From an uncultured bacterium (GTDB lineage Bacteria > Zixibacteria > MSB-5A5 > UBA10806), in assembly GCA_965541585.1 (NCBI GenBank), contig CBEUCH010000007.1:1-64000 (forward strand): DNA of 64,000 bases, given 5' to 3'. The notes beneath the pieces are model-generated. The model saw nothing but the letters and a program-made list of their open reading frames with translations. It was not told the origin of the DNA and ran no database searches. This document shows positions 47,045-58,500 of this stretch, one piece after another (within the stretch, counting starts at the first letter, position 1; every line of letters begins with the position of its first letter). The translations under genes and the position numbers were made by a program.

Positions 47045-47125
47045 AGAGCTAAATCCTGCTCACAATGACGTTTTGAATTCTAATCACCACTTGCCCTGAC
47101 ACTGGACGGCCAGAAAGCAGTCATA

Positions 47126-48223
47126 TCATACCACGGTTTTCTCACGCAGCATAGTATCATCGCGTCTCATTTGACGATCCGTAAACTTAATCCTTATAAG
47201 GGAGAATATTAGAGATCCCACGCCTATGGGCAGGTAGAATGTGATGAAGCGCCATACCGATGTAGCGATAGGGATTATTGCGGAAGGTATCAGGCCATTG
47301 TGAATCAGCGCAAAAGATACCTCGGCTCCGCCTATTGCCCCGGGAGTCGGGATCATCGTCATGGTCGTAAAAACCACCCATTGCAGCAGGAAGAACAATA
47401 CCGGATCAACTGGATACCCCAGGCCGAAAATCAAGGCTGAGATCGCCCCATACCGGCCGCACCATCCAATTCCGGCAATGAGCACGCAGGCCGCAAAAGC
47501 GCCTTTTCCTCTGCGCAGAGCAAATCCAGCCGCAGAGAGAAAATCAGATTGGAACCGTCCGAGCCGAGCAATTATTCGCGGGACTAACCCTTCAGGGAGC
47601 CCTTTACTGGATTCGAGGCTGCTCCTGTTGAGTGTCAGGTTTAACTTCTTGATGATAAGCAGAATTGTTAAGAGTAGCGCTATCGCGATCAAAGCCGCTT
47701 CCCAGTTTGAGATGAGGCCTCTCCAGGCACGTACCACATACGGATTTTCCCAGGCGCGGCTCCAGTATAGGGATATCGGAAGAGCGATGGCGAAAAATAC
47801 TCCATCGACAAGGGTCCCCAGAAATGTTACAAGGGTCGCTTCGGCGAAACTAAAACCGTATCCGGTTAGAAAACCCAGCTTGGCATAGCCGCCGCCCAGA
47901 ATGGTGGGCGTGATCGCGGCCCCTATCTCCGCGGCAAGCACAGTCTGGAACGCCTGCCCGGGCCTTAAATTCCTTTTGAATACCTTCCCCCAGATCATTA
48001 TTCTCAATGATTGGGCTAACCATGGAAGAAACACCAGAGCGACCGCAAGTGCAAGATACCATCCATTGACATTATTAAGATGCTTCAGGATTCCGGGCTC
48101 CGTGGCGATGATAACGTATACGATGTTGCCGGCCACCGCAAGGGGGACGATCACCAGCAGGATTTTCAAGAATCGCCTTAAATTTGTGGCGTTGAATTCA
48201 TAATCGTGCGAGAAATTGGTCAT
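47126..48223 (-). CDS. Lysylphosphatidylglycerol-synthase TM / flippase-like membrane protein
   Basis: ITP...GG, IPTPGAIGGAE and WRFITFY. Confidence 0.85.
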   Translation of the reverse strand: MTNFSHDYEFNATNLRRFLKILLVIVPLAVAGNIVYVIIATEPGILKHLNNVNGWYLALAVALVFLPWLAQSLRIMIWGKVFKRNLRPGQAFQTVLAAEIGAAITPTILGGGYAKLGFLTGYGFSFAEATLVTFLGTLVDGVFFAIALPISLYWSRAWENPYVVRAWRGLISNWEAALIAIALLLTILLIIKKLNLTLNRSSLESSKGLPEGLVPRIIARLGRFQSDFLSAAGFALRRGKGAFAACVLIAGIGWCGRYGAISALIFGLGYPVDPVLFFLLQWVVFTTMTMIPTPGAIGGAEVSFALIHNGLIPSAIIPIATSVWRFITFYLPIGVGSLIFSLIRIKFTDRQMRRDDTMLREKTVV

Positions 48224-48268
48224 CAGGTAGTTTCAGGCTTAAGTGTTTTTCGAGGATTTCGTTCCTCG

Positions 48269-49432
48269 TCAGGAGTCTCCAATCAAGAGATCATTGAAAA
48301 TCTTTTCATACTTGTCATGAACGATAGATGATGAGAAATGTGCCTTGGTATATTGCATAGCCTTAGAACGTAGCGAGGAGAGTCTCTCGGGATCATCCAG
48401 GAGAGCTTTGATTATTTTAACCATGGCCGCCACGTCTCCTTCCGGTACACAATAGCCGTTATGGCCATGAATAACCGCGTCCGTAACGCCCTCTATGCCG
48501 GTGGCCACCACGGGGATTCCTCTGACGGCAGCCTCGAGCGCAACGATGCCGAATCCCTCCATATCGCCGGGGACGGTCCGGTTGGGCATGATGAAGAGAT
48601 CGCTGGTTGCAAATAAAAGCCCTCTCATTTCCTCGTCCACGCCGTTTAAATAGAATACTCGGGGATGGCTGCTCAAGTTTTTCAGTTCGTCATGAACAGT
48701 CTGCGCACCGGATGCCAGGAGGAACAGATCACGATATTTCTTTCCGAGAAGCGGTCCGGCTAAATTCAGCCAGCGAGGGGATTTCGGCTCGGGTCCGGCT
48801 GCTATATAGACGCAGTTTTCGGGCAGGTGCGGGAAAACCTCTCTAATGAAATAGTCGAATCCCTTTCTCTTTAGCGGGCGGCCGAGACTGAATAACACTC
48901 TCTTATCTCGAAGGTCGATTCTGGTTTTCTTTTCTATTTCCCGATATAGATCTTCGCTCTTCTTTGGATGATTCTTGACCTCCTCGGCTGCATTAGGGAT
49001 GATCTCTATCTTCTCATCCGGCAAACCGCGCGACCTCACCTGGATTGCGGTAGCCTCGCTTACGCATACGATTTTGTCCAGATGCCAAAGCGCCCTCTGT
49101 AGTCTACGCTGATACCAGGGAATGGGCAGAACGATATCGAGGCCGTGAACAGTCGCCACGGCTTTTTTCCTTGAATTGCGGCGTACCTGAGCGCCGACCA
49201 GGGCGGTGACAGCATCATCACAGTGTAACAGGGAGGCGCCGTTTCTTATGCATTTATAATAAAAATAGGGAAAGTAGGCAGGGACTCCCCATTCCGGACC
49301 TTTCCATTGGATATTCTCTACTTCGAAAGAATCTTTCATGCCTTCAATCAACCGCGCGCTATGCCTCTGGACACCGCCGATTGAATCCGGGTGCTTTCGG
49401 GTCAGGAAGATTATATGATCCCTCTGCCTCAT
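48269..49432 (-). CDS. GT4 glycosyltransferase
   Basis: HGLD, GRPLKRKG and EGFGIVALEA. Confidence 0.9.
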   Translation of the reverse strand: MRQRDHIIFLTRKHPDSIGGVQRHSARLIEGMKDSFEVENIQWKGPEWGVPAYFPYFYYKCIRNGASLLHCDDAVTALVGAQVRRNSRKKAVATVHGLDIVLPIPWYQRRLQRALWHLDKIVCVSEATAIQVRSRGLPDEKIEIIPNAAEEVKNHPKKSEDLYREIEKKTRIDLRDKRVLFSLGRPLKRKGFDYFIREVFPHLPENCVYIAAGPEPKSPRWLNLAGPLLGKKYRDLFLLASGAQTVHDELKNLSSHPRVFYLNGVDEEMRGLLFATSDLFIMPNRTVPGDMEGFGIVALEAAVRGIPVVATGIEGVTDAVIHGHNGYCVPEGDVAAMVKIIKALLDDPERLSSLRSKAMQYTKAHFSSSIVHDKYEKIFNDLLIGDS

Positions 49433-49663
49433 ACGCCTCCGTACAAAGGACTGCTCTGAGAGCGGTTTGATAGCAATAGTGATTCTCCGATGCTATTTCC
49501 AGATGGCTGTGCCGATCTTGAATAACGTGATGATAACGATTTTCGAGTATTTTTTTTGAATCGTCTCATGAATCCTCACCTCGGCTAACTGCCATATATA
49601 AAGGATGTAAATTGAAAATTCAACCGATTATAAGAACTCATTTGTTATAATTGCCACAAGGGC

Positions 49664-50845
49664 TCAGCTTGAGGGCCCTGAAATTATATCGGGGATATGA
49701 CGACTTTTTTGCAATACTCTTTCAGTTTTGCGCTCTTCTATAAGCATCTCATAGCCTTGAAATAACCCGTGGTTGATCCGGTTCCAGTTTTTTTGCGATG
49801 CGAACTCCAGGGCTCCGGCAGCCATTGAATTTCTCAGAGATTCGTTGGTAAGGAGTGCCTCCATCTTTTGCGCGAAATCTTCAGGATCGTTAGGTGCGGT
49901 TAAAAAGCCGGTTTCGCCGTCACGAATCAGGTCTCCGACTCCTCCCTCCGAAGCGCCTACGACCGGCAGTCCGGAGGCGGCGGCCTCCAGGACGACGTTA
50001 CCGAAAGATTCAGTTGTCGATGGGAATGCGAATATATCGGCCGAGGCGTATGCCCGGGAAAGCTGATCGCCCTGAAGATGACCGGCTAGAAAGGCATCAG
50101 GGGCTTCCTTCTCGATCTGCTTTCGCATCGGTCCGTCGCCGACAAAGACAAGCTTGTAAGCGACTTTTCTCTGAAGCAGGATCCGGTGCGCCTTCAGAAG
50201 AGTCTCAACATCCTTCTCCTTTACAAGCCGTCCGGTAAAAAGCGCCACCGGATCACCCTCCGGGGACCAGTGGTTTTTCAGGTCGCGATCGGCGAAAGAT
50301 GGGGAGAAGCGGTCCGGATCTATCCCGCGTTCCCAGAGTTTTAGGTTTGCGAATCCTCTGGATTTAAGTTCTCCTATGGTGGCCTCGGATGGGACAAAAC
50401 AGTTATCGCCCATATTATAGAACCACCTCAAGAATCTCCAGCCATACGGTTCGAACCAGCCAAACCCGTAATATTTGAGATAGGATACGAATCTCGTATG
50501 AAATGAATTAACGGCAGGTATACCGGCCTCAGCGGCATACCGGTAGGCGAAAAATCCGAGGAAGAAAGGACTGCATATATGAACTATATCAGGAGCAAAC
50601 TGCCTCAATGAGTATCTCAGATCGTGGAAAGCCGGCAAGGAAACCTTATATTTGGTGTATAACGGAAAGGGGACCGAAAGAACATGCACAACTTTGCCGG
50701 CCCAAGCCTCATCCGTTGGCAAAAAAGGAGAAAAGAACATATAATCGACTCCCTCCGCTTCCAGAGATTTCTGGAGATAGGAAAGGGTGTGGCTTACACC
50801 GTCCACCAGCGGGGGAAGTGATTCTGTGAAGTAGGCAACCTTCAT
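49664..50845 (-). CDS. GT4 glycosyltransferase (glycolipid-synthase-like)
   Basis: P.VDGV, SFHT.F, GRLVKEK and ESFGNVVLEA.ASG. Confidence 0.9.
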   Translation of the reverse strand: MKVAYFTESLPPLVDGVSHTLSYLQKSLEAEGVDYMFFSPFLPTDEAWAGKVVHVLSVPFPLYTKYKVSLPAFHDLRYSLRQFAPDIVHICSPFFLGFFAYRYAAEAGIPAVNSFHTRFVSYLKYYGFGWFEPYGWRFLRWFYNMGDNCFVPSEATIGELKSRGFANLKLWERGIDPDRFSPSFADRDLKNHWSPEGDPVALFTGRLVKEKDVETLLKAHRILLQRKVAYKLVFVGDGPMRKQIEKEAPDAFLAGHLQGDQLSRAYASADIFAFPSTTESFGNVVLEAAASGLPVVGASEGGVGDLIRDGETGFLTAPNDPEDFAQKMEALLTNESLRNSMAAGALEFASQKNWNRINHGLFQGYEMLIEERKTERVLQKSRHIPDIISGPSS

Positions 50846-50881
50846 CGCTATTTTTGATCATCCCGGCGACAGGGTCATCGA

Positions 50882-51970
50882 TTAATTCTTCAATCTCTCC
50901 ATTCTTTGAATAACTCCCTTAATCAGGAAAGGCAAGACGATAGTGGCATCGGCCTTAACCTCTGCATAAGAGCCGCCCTCCGATTCGGGGAGGAATTTTG
51001 CCCAGGAAACGCCCTCCTTATACGAGCATCCGGAAAGCCCGCCCCAGTGATCCGGCTCCGGGCAAATCCGCACACCGCGGGAGTAGAATTTTGATGTTAC
51101 CGGCATATTTTCAATGTGCATGAGATCGAAAAAGGGCGTGATTTGTTGAGCCCAATTGCGTGGAACTCCGCCACCAACCGTGAAAATGCTCAACGTTCCG
51201 TCGTGATTGTGAACTCTCCGGGCAAAATCATAAAGGTCCGCGAATGGGTTGAACGGCAGCGTAATCGTCTCATCGAAAGGACGGTTCTGGAAGCTCTCAC
51301 TCGCCGCTAACATCCTCGTGAGTAGATCCAGACAGAGTTCGCTATCGGTAAATGCGGGAACGTAAATGGGTATATCTGATTCAAAGGCCGCAGCCAGAAT
51401 GCTGCGCTCATCGGGATATTTCTCCCGTATAATCCGGCCGAGGCGCCGGTGAAAATCCGCCGATCCGGCTGGTGGAGTTTTCTCGTCAAGCGAGGGTATC
51501 AGCCGTTCGAAATTCTCGTTAATCATCTTCTGAAGATGATCGAATGAGGTCTCAAGTTCTATGGTATCATAAACACGGCACATCCCCTTGACGTACATTT
51601 CATCATCTGGCATATCAGGCGCTTTGTAATGGCTTTTCTCCATGCCCTCAATCAGGCCGTGAGTGATTAACGCGCCCGTACTGATCACTATATCGACGAG
51701 TTTTCTTTCAATCAATTCGCAGATGATCAGCCCTTGCTTGGCGACGGTAAGTGCTCCGCTTAGAGTCAGGATAGTGAGATCTCCCGGATCGCTGAACGTT
51801 TCGGTGAGAATCTCTGCCGCCTTGCCAAGCTGTCTTCCGCCAAAGGACGTTTTCTCCATAGCGGCCAGGGCCCGGTCGAAATCCTCTATTCCGGAGATAT
51901 CAACAGGTTCCAACGCCTCCAAGTTTTCCCCGCTGACAAAATCTTTTTTGCTTCTATTTTTCTTTTTCAT
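50882..51970 (-). CDS. Deoxyhypusine-synthase-like protein (probable homospermidine synthase)
   Basis: TLSGA, TGA..TH, PAFTDSE, GGGVPRNWAQQ, GGLSGC...EGVSWAK and ADATI. Confidence 0.85.
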   Translation of the reverse strand: MKKKNRSKKDFVSGENLEALEPVDISGIEDFDRALAAMEKTSFGGRQLGKAAEILTETFSDPGDLTILTLSGALTVAKQGLIICELIERKLVDIVISTGALITHGLIEGMEKSHYKAPDMPDDEMYVKGMCRVYDTIELETSFDHLQKMINENFERLIPSLDEKTPPAGSADFHRRLGRIIREKYPDERSILAAAFESDIPIYVPAFTDSELCLDLLTRMLAASESFQNRPFDETITLPFNPFADLYDFARRVHNHDGTLSIFTVGGGVPRNWAQQITPFFDLMHIENMPVTSKFYSRGVRICPEPDHWGGLSGCSYKEGVSWAKFLPESEGGSYAEVKADATIVLPFLIKGVIQRMERLKN

Positions 51971-52235
51971 TGTTCACGAAAAAACAATCGAGATTAATTT
52001 TATCGATTAACTGCAAGATAGTCCAACGGCTATGATCTTCACGGGGCGCAATAAAAGCCATTATCGAGGTTGAATCAAGAAAAAACAATCCTCTCCTCCA
52101 GAGACTTCGCATAGCCTCCATCGCGGGGGGGGGTAAAAAATATCGAATCGGGAAAATATTCATGGGCTGTTTGATCCGTTATGGTGTTTCCGGATGATCC
52201 GTACGGCTCGCCCCGCATGATTCCCTCCAAAAGAA

Positions 52236-52264
52236 TTGACTGTGCCGGATATCTATCCTACTTT
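52236..52264 (+). promoter_or_regulatory. sigma70 promoter abutting the M23 start codon
   Basis: TTGACT-17 nt-TACTTT, then 5 nt to the ATG. Confidence 0.6.
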
Positions 52265-52269
52265 ACAGC

Positions 52270-54534
52270 ATGAACAGAGGGCTCTCTTACATTGTCTTCG
52301 GATGTTTCCTGATTAACGCCGGTATGGTGCGGAGCGAGGGTGATCTCAGATGGCCCATGAAACTCCGGCCCGAACTGACATCGAGATTCTGTGACTATCG
52401 TGCGGGCCATTTCCATGCCGGCCTGGATATCCGCACAAAAGGGAAAACAGGTTATCGCGTCTATGCCGCAGGCGACGGCTATATCTACCGTATTACTACG
52501 TCGTTAAAGGGTTACGGCAGGGGGCTCTATCTAAAACTGGGGGATGGACGCATAGCTGTATACGGCCATCTTTTGAAGTTCGAAGATAAACTTAACGAAG
52601 AGGTTCGTAAATTGCAGATGAGCGAACGGCGCTATAATCAGAATCTCTTTTTCAAGCCCGACGAATATCCTGTCAGGAAAGGCCAGGTAATTGGATATTC
52701 CGGTTCATCCGGCGCAAAAGCACCGCATCTTCATTTCGAAATTCGATCCGCCGGCAATAATCCATTGAATCCCTTGAAATACGGTTTTCCAATTGAGGAT
52801 AACCGGTCGCCGGTATTCGAAAAGTTGGCCGTTCGCCATTACAAAGCGGGATTTGTCCCCGGCAATCCCAGCGATATTGAAATAATTAATGTTGCCAGGG
52901 GAAGCGGCCCCGATGAGTATGTGATAGCGGACACCGTGGTCAGCGCCGAATATGTGGCGCTGGCTGTGTCTGGAGGAGATCGGATTGATGGCAAAAAATT
53001 CCAATACGGGTTCTACAGCCTGAAGCTTCTGGTGGATGACGATGTCTTATTCTCGATGATCTCCGACAGCATCACCTATGAGACTACCGGTCAGCTTGAA
53101 TATATCCGCGACATGGATTTGACCGGAATAGTCGGCCATAAAAAAGATAAAGATAACGATGAGAACATCTTCTTTAAGCTTTATGTCCCGCCTAACAGTC
53201 GGCAGTATTTCTGGAGTGATCTCGGTTCCGGAGCCGGTGTCATACCTGCAGGCGACTCACCCGGCCGGATCAGGCATGTGCGGATTGTCGCCTCAGACGA
53301 GGCCGGTAATGAAGCGAATTTGCGATTCGTTCTGAAGACGCCTGAGTTAGCTCCACCGGGGCCGGAATTTGTTTCATATTATCGATTTGGCGATACCGTT
53401 ATGGTGGATTTTATGACATTCGCCCGGGCAGATAACGCAAGGATGGAATACAGAAACTCAAACAGCGATCAGTATAAGGATATAAATTGCTCTGTTTCTA
53501 CCGGAACATTGAACAGTGGAAACGAAATCGCCTTTTTAAATACCCTGGTCGCGATTTCCCCGTATAGAAGCCGAGAATATCGTTTCGGCTTTTCCGACGT
53601 CGAGGGAAGCGTTTCGCCCTGGATATATTTTATCGACGGCGCCGGTAGAAAGAGGCTAAATCTGGAAGGATCACCCGACCACCTCAAAATAGAATATTTC
53701 CCTGATTCGATATATGCCGATTTATCAATTCTATTGGTAAATCAGTCGAAGACCTGGACCATGAAGATGAACCAGGCGGGGCTTCAAGCGTATAGCGTTG
53801 ACCTTAAAGGATATGACCTCTCAGGGCTAACAGACTTTGTCATACGGGGGGGCCAATCGTATCTCGTTGACTCGCTGATCGGATTAAATCCTGCGTATCC
53901 GGGGCGGAGGCTCAGTGCTTTTTCACCGGATTCAACCTTGACCGTTTCTTTTGATAAGAATTCATCATTTTTCCCGGCTTATATTTTTCCATCCAATGGT
54001 TCCCGGGTGAACATATTCGGAGGCGAAGCAATAGGCTATGAAATCGCACCCGCAAATTTGATCTCAGATTCTCCGATTAGATATACTTTCAATCTCGAAC
54101 TTCTTGGCCTCACTGGAAAGAAAATCGGCGCCTACGGTTATGCCGCTCATAATGATGCCTGGGGATTTATCGGCAGAGGGGATGGCTCGAGGATCGAAGT
54201 GCAGGGAGGTGGGCTCGGGAGGGTGGCGCTGATAGAGGACAACGATCCTCCTTCCATAAGTTATATCAGGCCGAAAGGCAAAATTAAGGCTCGCAGGCCT
54301 ATGCTATCATGCAAGATCAACGACAGTATCTCGGGGGTGGAATTAGATGGTGGATTGAGCATGAAAATAGATGGTATCTGGGTACCCGCGGATTTTGATT
54401 TAGGTACAAAAAAGTTCGCCTATAAGGTAAGAAACAATCTGAGGCCGGGTCGACACAAACTTGAGATCGTGGCGTATGACAGGCAGGGCAACCGAAAGGT
54501 CGTGACTAAATATTTCACCATCCTGAGGAATTGA
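52270..54534 (+). CDS. M23-family peptidase with a large C-terminal region
   Basis: HAGLD, YGHL and PHLHFEIR; signal peptide. Confidence 0.88.
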   Translation: MNRGLSYIVFGCFLINAGMVRSEGDLRWPMKLRPELTSRFCDYRAGHFHAGLDIRTKGKTGYRVYAAGDGYIYRITTSLKGYGRGLYLKLGDGRIAVYGHLLKFEDKLNEEVRKLQMSERRYNQNLFFKPDEYPVRKGQVIGYSGSSGAKAPHLHFEIRSAGNNPLNPLKYGFPIEDNRSPVFEKLAVRHYKAGFVPGNPSDIEIINVARGSGPDEYVIADTVVSAEYVALAVSGGDRIDGKKFQYGFYSLKLLVDDDVLFSMISDSITYETTGQLEYIRDMDLTGIVGHKKDKDNDENIFFKLYVPPNSRQYFWSDLGSGAGVIPAGDSPGRIRHVRIVASDEAGNEANLRFVLKTPELAPPGPEFVSYYRFGDTVMVDFMTFARADNARMEYRNSNSDQYKDINCSVSTGTLNSGNEIAFLNTLVAISPYRSREYRFGFSDVEGSVSPWIYFIDGAGRKRLNLEGSPDHLKIEYFPDSIYADLSILLVNQSKTWTMKMNQAGLQAYSVDLKGYDLSGLTDFVIRGGQSYLVDSLIGLNPAYPGRRLSAFSPDSTLTVSFDKNSSFFPAYIFPSNGSRVNIFGGEAIGYEIAPANLISDSPIRYTFNLELLGLTGKKIGAYGYAAHNDAWGFIGRGDGSRIEVQGGGLGRVALIEDNDPPSISYIRPKGKIKARRPMLSCKINDSISGVELDGGLSMKIDGIWVPADFDLGTKKFAYKVRNNLRPGRHKLEIVAYDRQGNRKVVTKYFTILRN

Positions 54535-54537
54535 CGA

Positions 54538-55230
54538 ATGCTCCCGCTTAAAGATAACATCCCCACATCGAGGTTCCCTTTGGTCACGGTGGGCCTGATA
54601 GCGATCAACGTGATCATTTTTATTATAATCTATATCTTCGGCTTCGGGGGGAAAGAGCTGTTTCTCCGGTATGGCTTTGTTCCGTATAATGTTATCACTG
54701 CCGGAGGATGGAGCGGCGAGGGTCCTTTGATTGCGGGATTTAGCATCCTCAGCTCGCAGTTTCTGCATGGCGGATTGTTTCATATTGCGGGAAATATGCT
54801 CTTTTTATGGATATTCGGTAACAATATAGAGGATAGAATGGGAAGGATGAGATTTATCGCCTTCTATCTGCTCTGCGGAGTTGTCGGGGGAATCGCGCAG
54901 ATTATTCCCGATCCCCGCTCCCTGGTTCCAGTGATCGGAGCGTCGGGAGCGGTGGCCGGCGTGATGGGGGCGTATCTGCTCGAATTCCCCAGGGCCAGGG
55001 TATTAACACTTATCTGGATACTGTTTTTTATTCGCCTGATATGGCTTCCGGCCTTTCTTATTATCTTATATTGGATAGCACTCCAGGTTTTCTTTCAACT
55101 CAGTTCCGGCGGCCAGAACGGTGGAATAGCCTATATGGCTCATATCGGAGGCTTTGCGGCCGGGCTTGTTTTTTTCCGGTTATTCCTTCTTTTTGGCGGG
55201 AGGAAGGCTACCCTCTGGCGCGAAAAATGA
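54538..55230 (+). CDS. Rhomboid intramembrane serine protease
   Basis: FLHGG..H...NM, GASGA and AHIGG. Confidence 0.93.
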   Translation: MLPLKDNIPTSRFPLVTVGLIAINVIIFIIIYIFGFGGKELFLRYGFVPYNVITAGGWSGEGPLIAGFSILSSQFLHGGLFHIAGNMLFLWIFGNNIEDRMGRMRFIAFYLLCGVVGGIAQIIPDPRSLVPVIGASGAVAGVMGAYLLEFPRARVLTLIWILFFIRLIWLPAFLIILYWIALQVFFQLSSGGQNGGIAYMAHIGGFAAGLVFFRLFLLFGGRKATLWREK

Positions 55231-55271
55231 AATTGTCTTGATTGTCTCAAGGCGATTGATCTTATTAAGCC

Positions 55272-55556
55272 ATGAGCGATGAGCGTAAAAAGAGATGCGC
55301 AAAGTGCGGCAAGCGAATCAAAAAAGGCGGAGCGGCATATTGGCTGAAGGCAGAGCTTGTCTCTGCATTCGATGGTCATATCAATTTTGACGAAAAGACG
55401 GATCTTAAGGATTATATCGATAAGGTAAAAGTTGAGCTCGAGGGTCAATCGCCTGAGGAAATCGAAGAGCAGATCTATAAGAAATTCGAATACCTGGTTT
55501 GCGTTAAATGCCGGGATGAACTTGATAGACTTTTATATGTAGAGGAAAACCGATGA
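55272..55556 (+). CDS. Small hypothetical protein with CxxC...CxxC
   Basis: CAKC and CVKC; overlaps the dnaE start (ATGA). Confidence 0.7.
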   Translation: MSDERKKRCAKCGKRIKKGGAAYWLKAELVSAFDGHINFDEKTDLKDYIDKVKVELEGQSPEEIEEQIYKKFEYLVCVKCRDELDRLLYVEENR

Positions 55557-58500
55557 GCCTGGCGCAATTCGTTCATCTTCATAATCACACCCAGTATTCG
55601 CTGTTAGACGGTGCCTGCAGGATCGATGATATGCTGGAAACGGCGGCCAGGATGAAAATGCCGGCTTTAGCCATCACCGATCACGGCAATCTCTTCGGGG
55701 CCATTGAATTCTATATAAAAGCCAAGAAACACAGGGTCAAACCGATTATCGGCATCGAGGCTTATGTGGCTCCCGGGAGCCGGTTCGAGCGTTCAGGCAT
55801 GAAAGGATTTACCGAATCGGGATTTCATCTGGTGCTTCTGGCGAAAAACCTGACCGGATACAATAATCTCATAAAACTGAGCACGGCCAGCTATCTGGAA
55901 GGTTTTTATCGTAAGCCACGAATGGATAAGGAAATTCTCAAAGAACATGGCGACGGTCTCATAGCGCTGTCAGCCTGCCTGCAGGGAGAGGTGGCGCGTA
56001 ATATTTATAACGATAGATACGATGAAGCCGAAAGAACTGTGAGGGAATATCTCGATATATTCGGCATGGATAATTACTTTCTGGAACTTCAGAATCACGA
56101 TCTTCCGGAAGAGGCCAAGACAGCCGCCGCTGTAAAGGAGATAGCATCGAAATTAGGTGTGGGATTGGTCGCCACCAATGATTGCCATTATATGAAGCGG
56201 GAGCACAGTGCAGCCCACGATGCTCTCCTGTGCATTCAGACGGGTAAACTGCTCTCCGACACTGACCGCATGAAATATACTACAGACCAGATATATTTCA
56301 AATCGGCAGAGGAGATGGCACAGTTATTTTCGGATACCCCGGAGGCGATAGACAATACTCTGAGGATAGCAGAAGGTTGCAGCCTGGATATCGAATTGTA
56401 CAAAAACAAAGTTCCCACGTTTCCTCTGCCGGAAGGATTCGAATCGCCTGAGAAATATCTGAGATATCTCTGTGAAATAGGCCTTCAGAAGAGATACCCT
56501 AAGGTAACATCGAGTCTCCAGGAGCGTCTCGACTACGAAATCGGGGTCATCAACAAAATGGGATACGCCGGCTATTTCCTGATAGTGCGCGATTTTGTAG
56601 AATTTGCCCGCAATCGCGGTATAAGGGTTGGACCGGGTCGAGGTTCTGCCGCGGGATCGATCGTCAGTTATTGTCTTAGCATCACCAACCTCGATCCCAT
56701 GGAATACGGTTTGCTTTTCGAGCGATTCTTGAATCCTGAGAGGATCAGCATGCCCGATATCGATATCGACTTCGCCGATCGCGGGCGCGACGAGGTGATC
56801 GATTACGTTACGAACAAATACGGTCGAGAAAGCGTCGCCCAGATAATTACGTTCGGCAGTATGGCGGCTCGGGCTGTGGTCAGGGACGTCGGCCGGGTGA
56901 TGTCGATGCCATATGCCGAGGTCGACGCTATCGCCAAAATGATCCCCTTTGAAGTGGATATGACTCTCGAAAAGGCATTGAACAGAAAGGATTCCGAACT
57001 TGGCCGCCGCTATAAAGATGAAGAGGACATCAAGACTTTGATAGAATACTCTCGTGTGCTGGAGGGTCTCTCGCGGCATGCCTCGACTCACGCGGCAGGA
57101 GTTGTGATCGCGCCCGGCCCCATAACCGATTATGCTCCTCTTTATAAATCAAGCAAAGATGAGATCACTACCCAGTATGATATGAGGTGGATAGAGGCCA
57201 TCGGGCTCTTAAAGATGGATTTTCTGGGGCTCCGAACATTGACGGTGATCGACGATTGCCTGAAACTGTTGAAAAAACGCGATATTAAAATCGATATAGA
57301 CAAGATTACTCTTACCGACCCGGAGGTCTATAAGCTATTCGCCAAGGCGGAGACGATCGGCATATTCCAGTTTGAATCGGGGGGAATGCGGGATTACCTC
57401 AAAAAGTTAAAGCCAACCAGGCTCGAGGATCTCACCGCCATGAACGCACTGTATCGCCCGGGGCCGCTGGATGCCAGAATGATAGATACTTATATCGAGT
57501 GCAAGTATGGAGAAAAAGAGATTAAATATGCGCATCCACTCCTGGAAACGATCTTGAAGCAAACTTACGGTGTTATCGTTTTTCAGGAACAGGTTCTGAA
57601 GATCGCACGGGAATTGGCAGGGTATACTCTCGGCGAGGCCGACATTCTTCGCAAGGCCATGGGGAAGAAACAAGCGGACGTCATGGCCGAACAAAAAGGC
57701 AAATTCATCAAGGGTGCGAAGGAAAGAGGTATTAAAGAGTCTGTGGCCGGGAAAATCTTCGATCAAATTGAAACCTTCGGGCGATACGGTTTTGTAAAAG
57801 CCCATTCGGCCAGCTACGCTTATATCGCCTTTCAGACCGCGCACCTGAAGGTCCACTATCCGGTTGAGTTCATGGCAGCCCTGATGACATCTGAAATGTC
57901 CGATACCTCCAGAATCATGGAATTGAGAAATGAGTGCCAGCGGATGGGGATGGAAATGAAGACCCCCGATATCAATCGTGGCGAGGGAGCGTTTTCTGTC
58001 GATGGCGAAACTATATTATTCGGATTGACGGCGGTTAAGAACGTGGGCGCCGGGGCCGTTTCGTCTATAGTTAAAGGCCGCGAGGAGGGGGGCGATTTCG
58101 AGGATCTTTTCGATTTCTGCACCCGCGTCGATCTGCGGCTGGTAAACAAAAAGACCATTGAGAATCTGGTCATGTCGGGTGCCATGGACAACCTGGGGCA
58201 AAACAGGGCAACATTGATGGGAGGTGTGGAAATGGCCATCTCTCACGGATCAGCAATTCAGAGAGAAATAGAGAGTGGACAATCCACTTTATTCGGAGAA
58301 ATGGACACTTCGTCCGCACCAAAGCATAAACTTCCGGATGCTCAACCCTGGTCGGAAGCGGAGATCCTGGCCAGGGAAAAGGAATCCCTGGGATACTGGA
58401 TATCAGGGCATCCTATCGACCCTCATAGACATATTTATGAATGTTTTGTCGACTTGAGCCTGGCAGATCTCGCCAAAGCCACAGACGGTCGCAAGGCCAC

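Noticed and set aside
52124..52140. Poly-G tract as a phase-variation switch
   Set aside because: It is intergenic and not within the spacer of a recognisable promoter.
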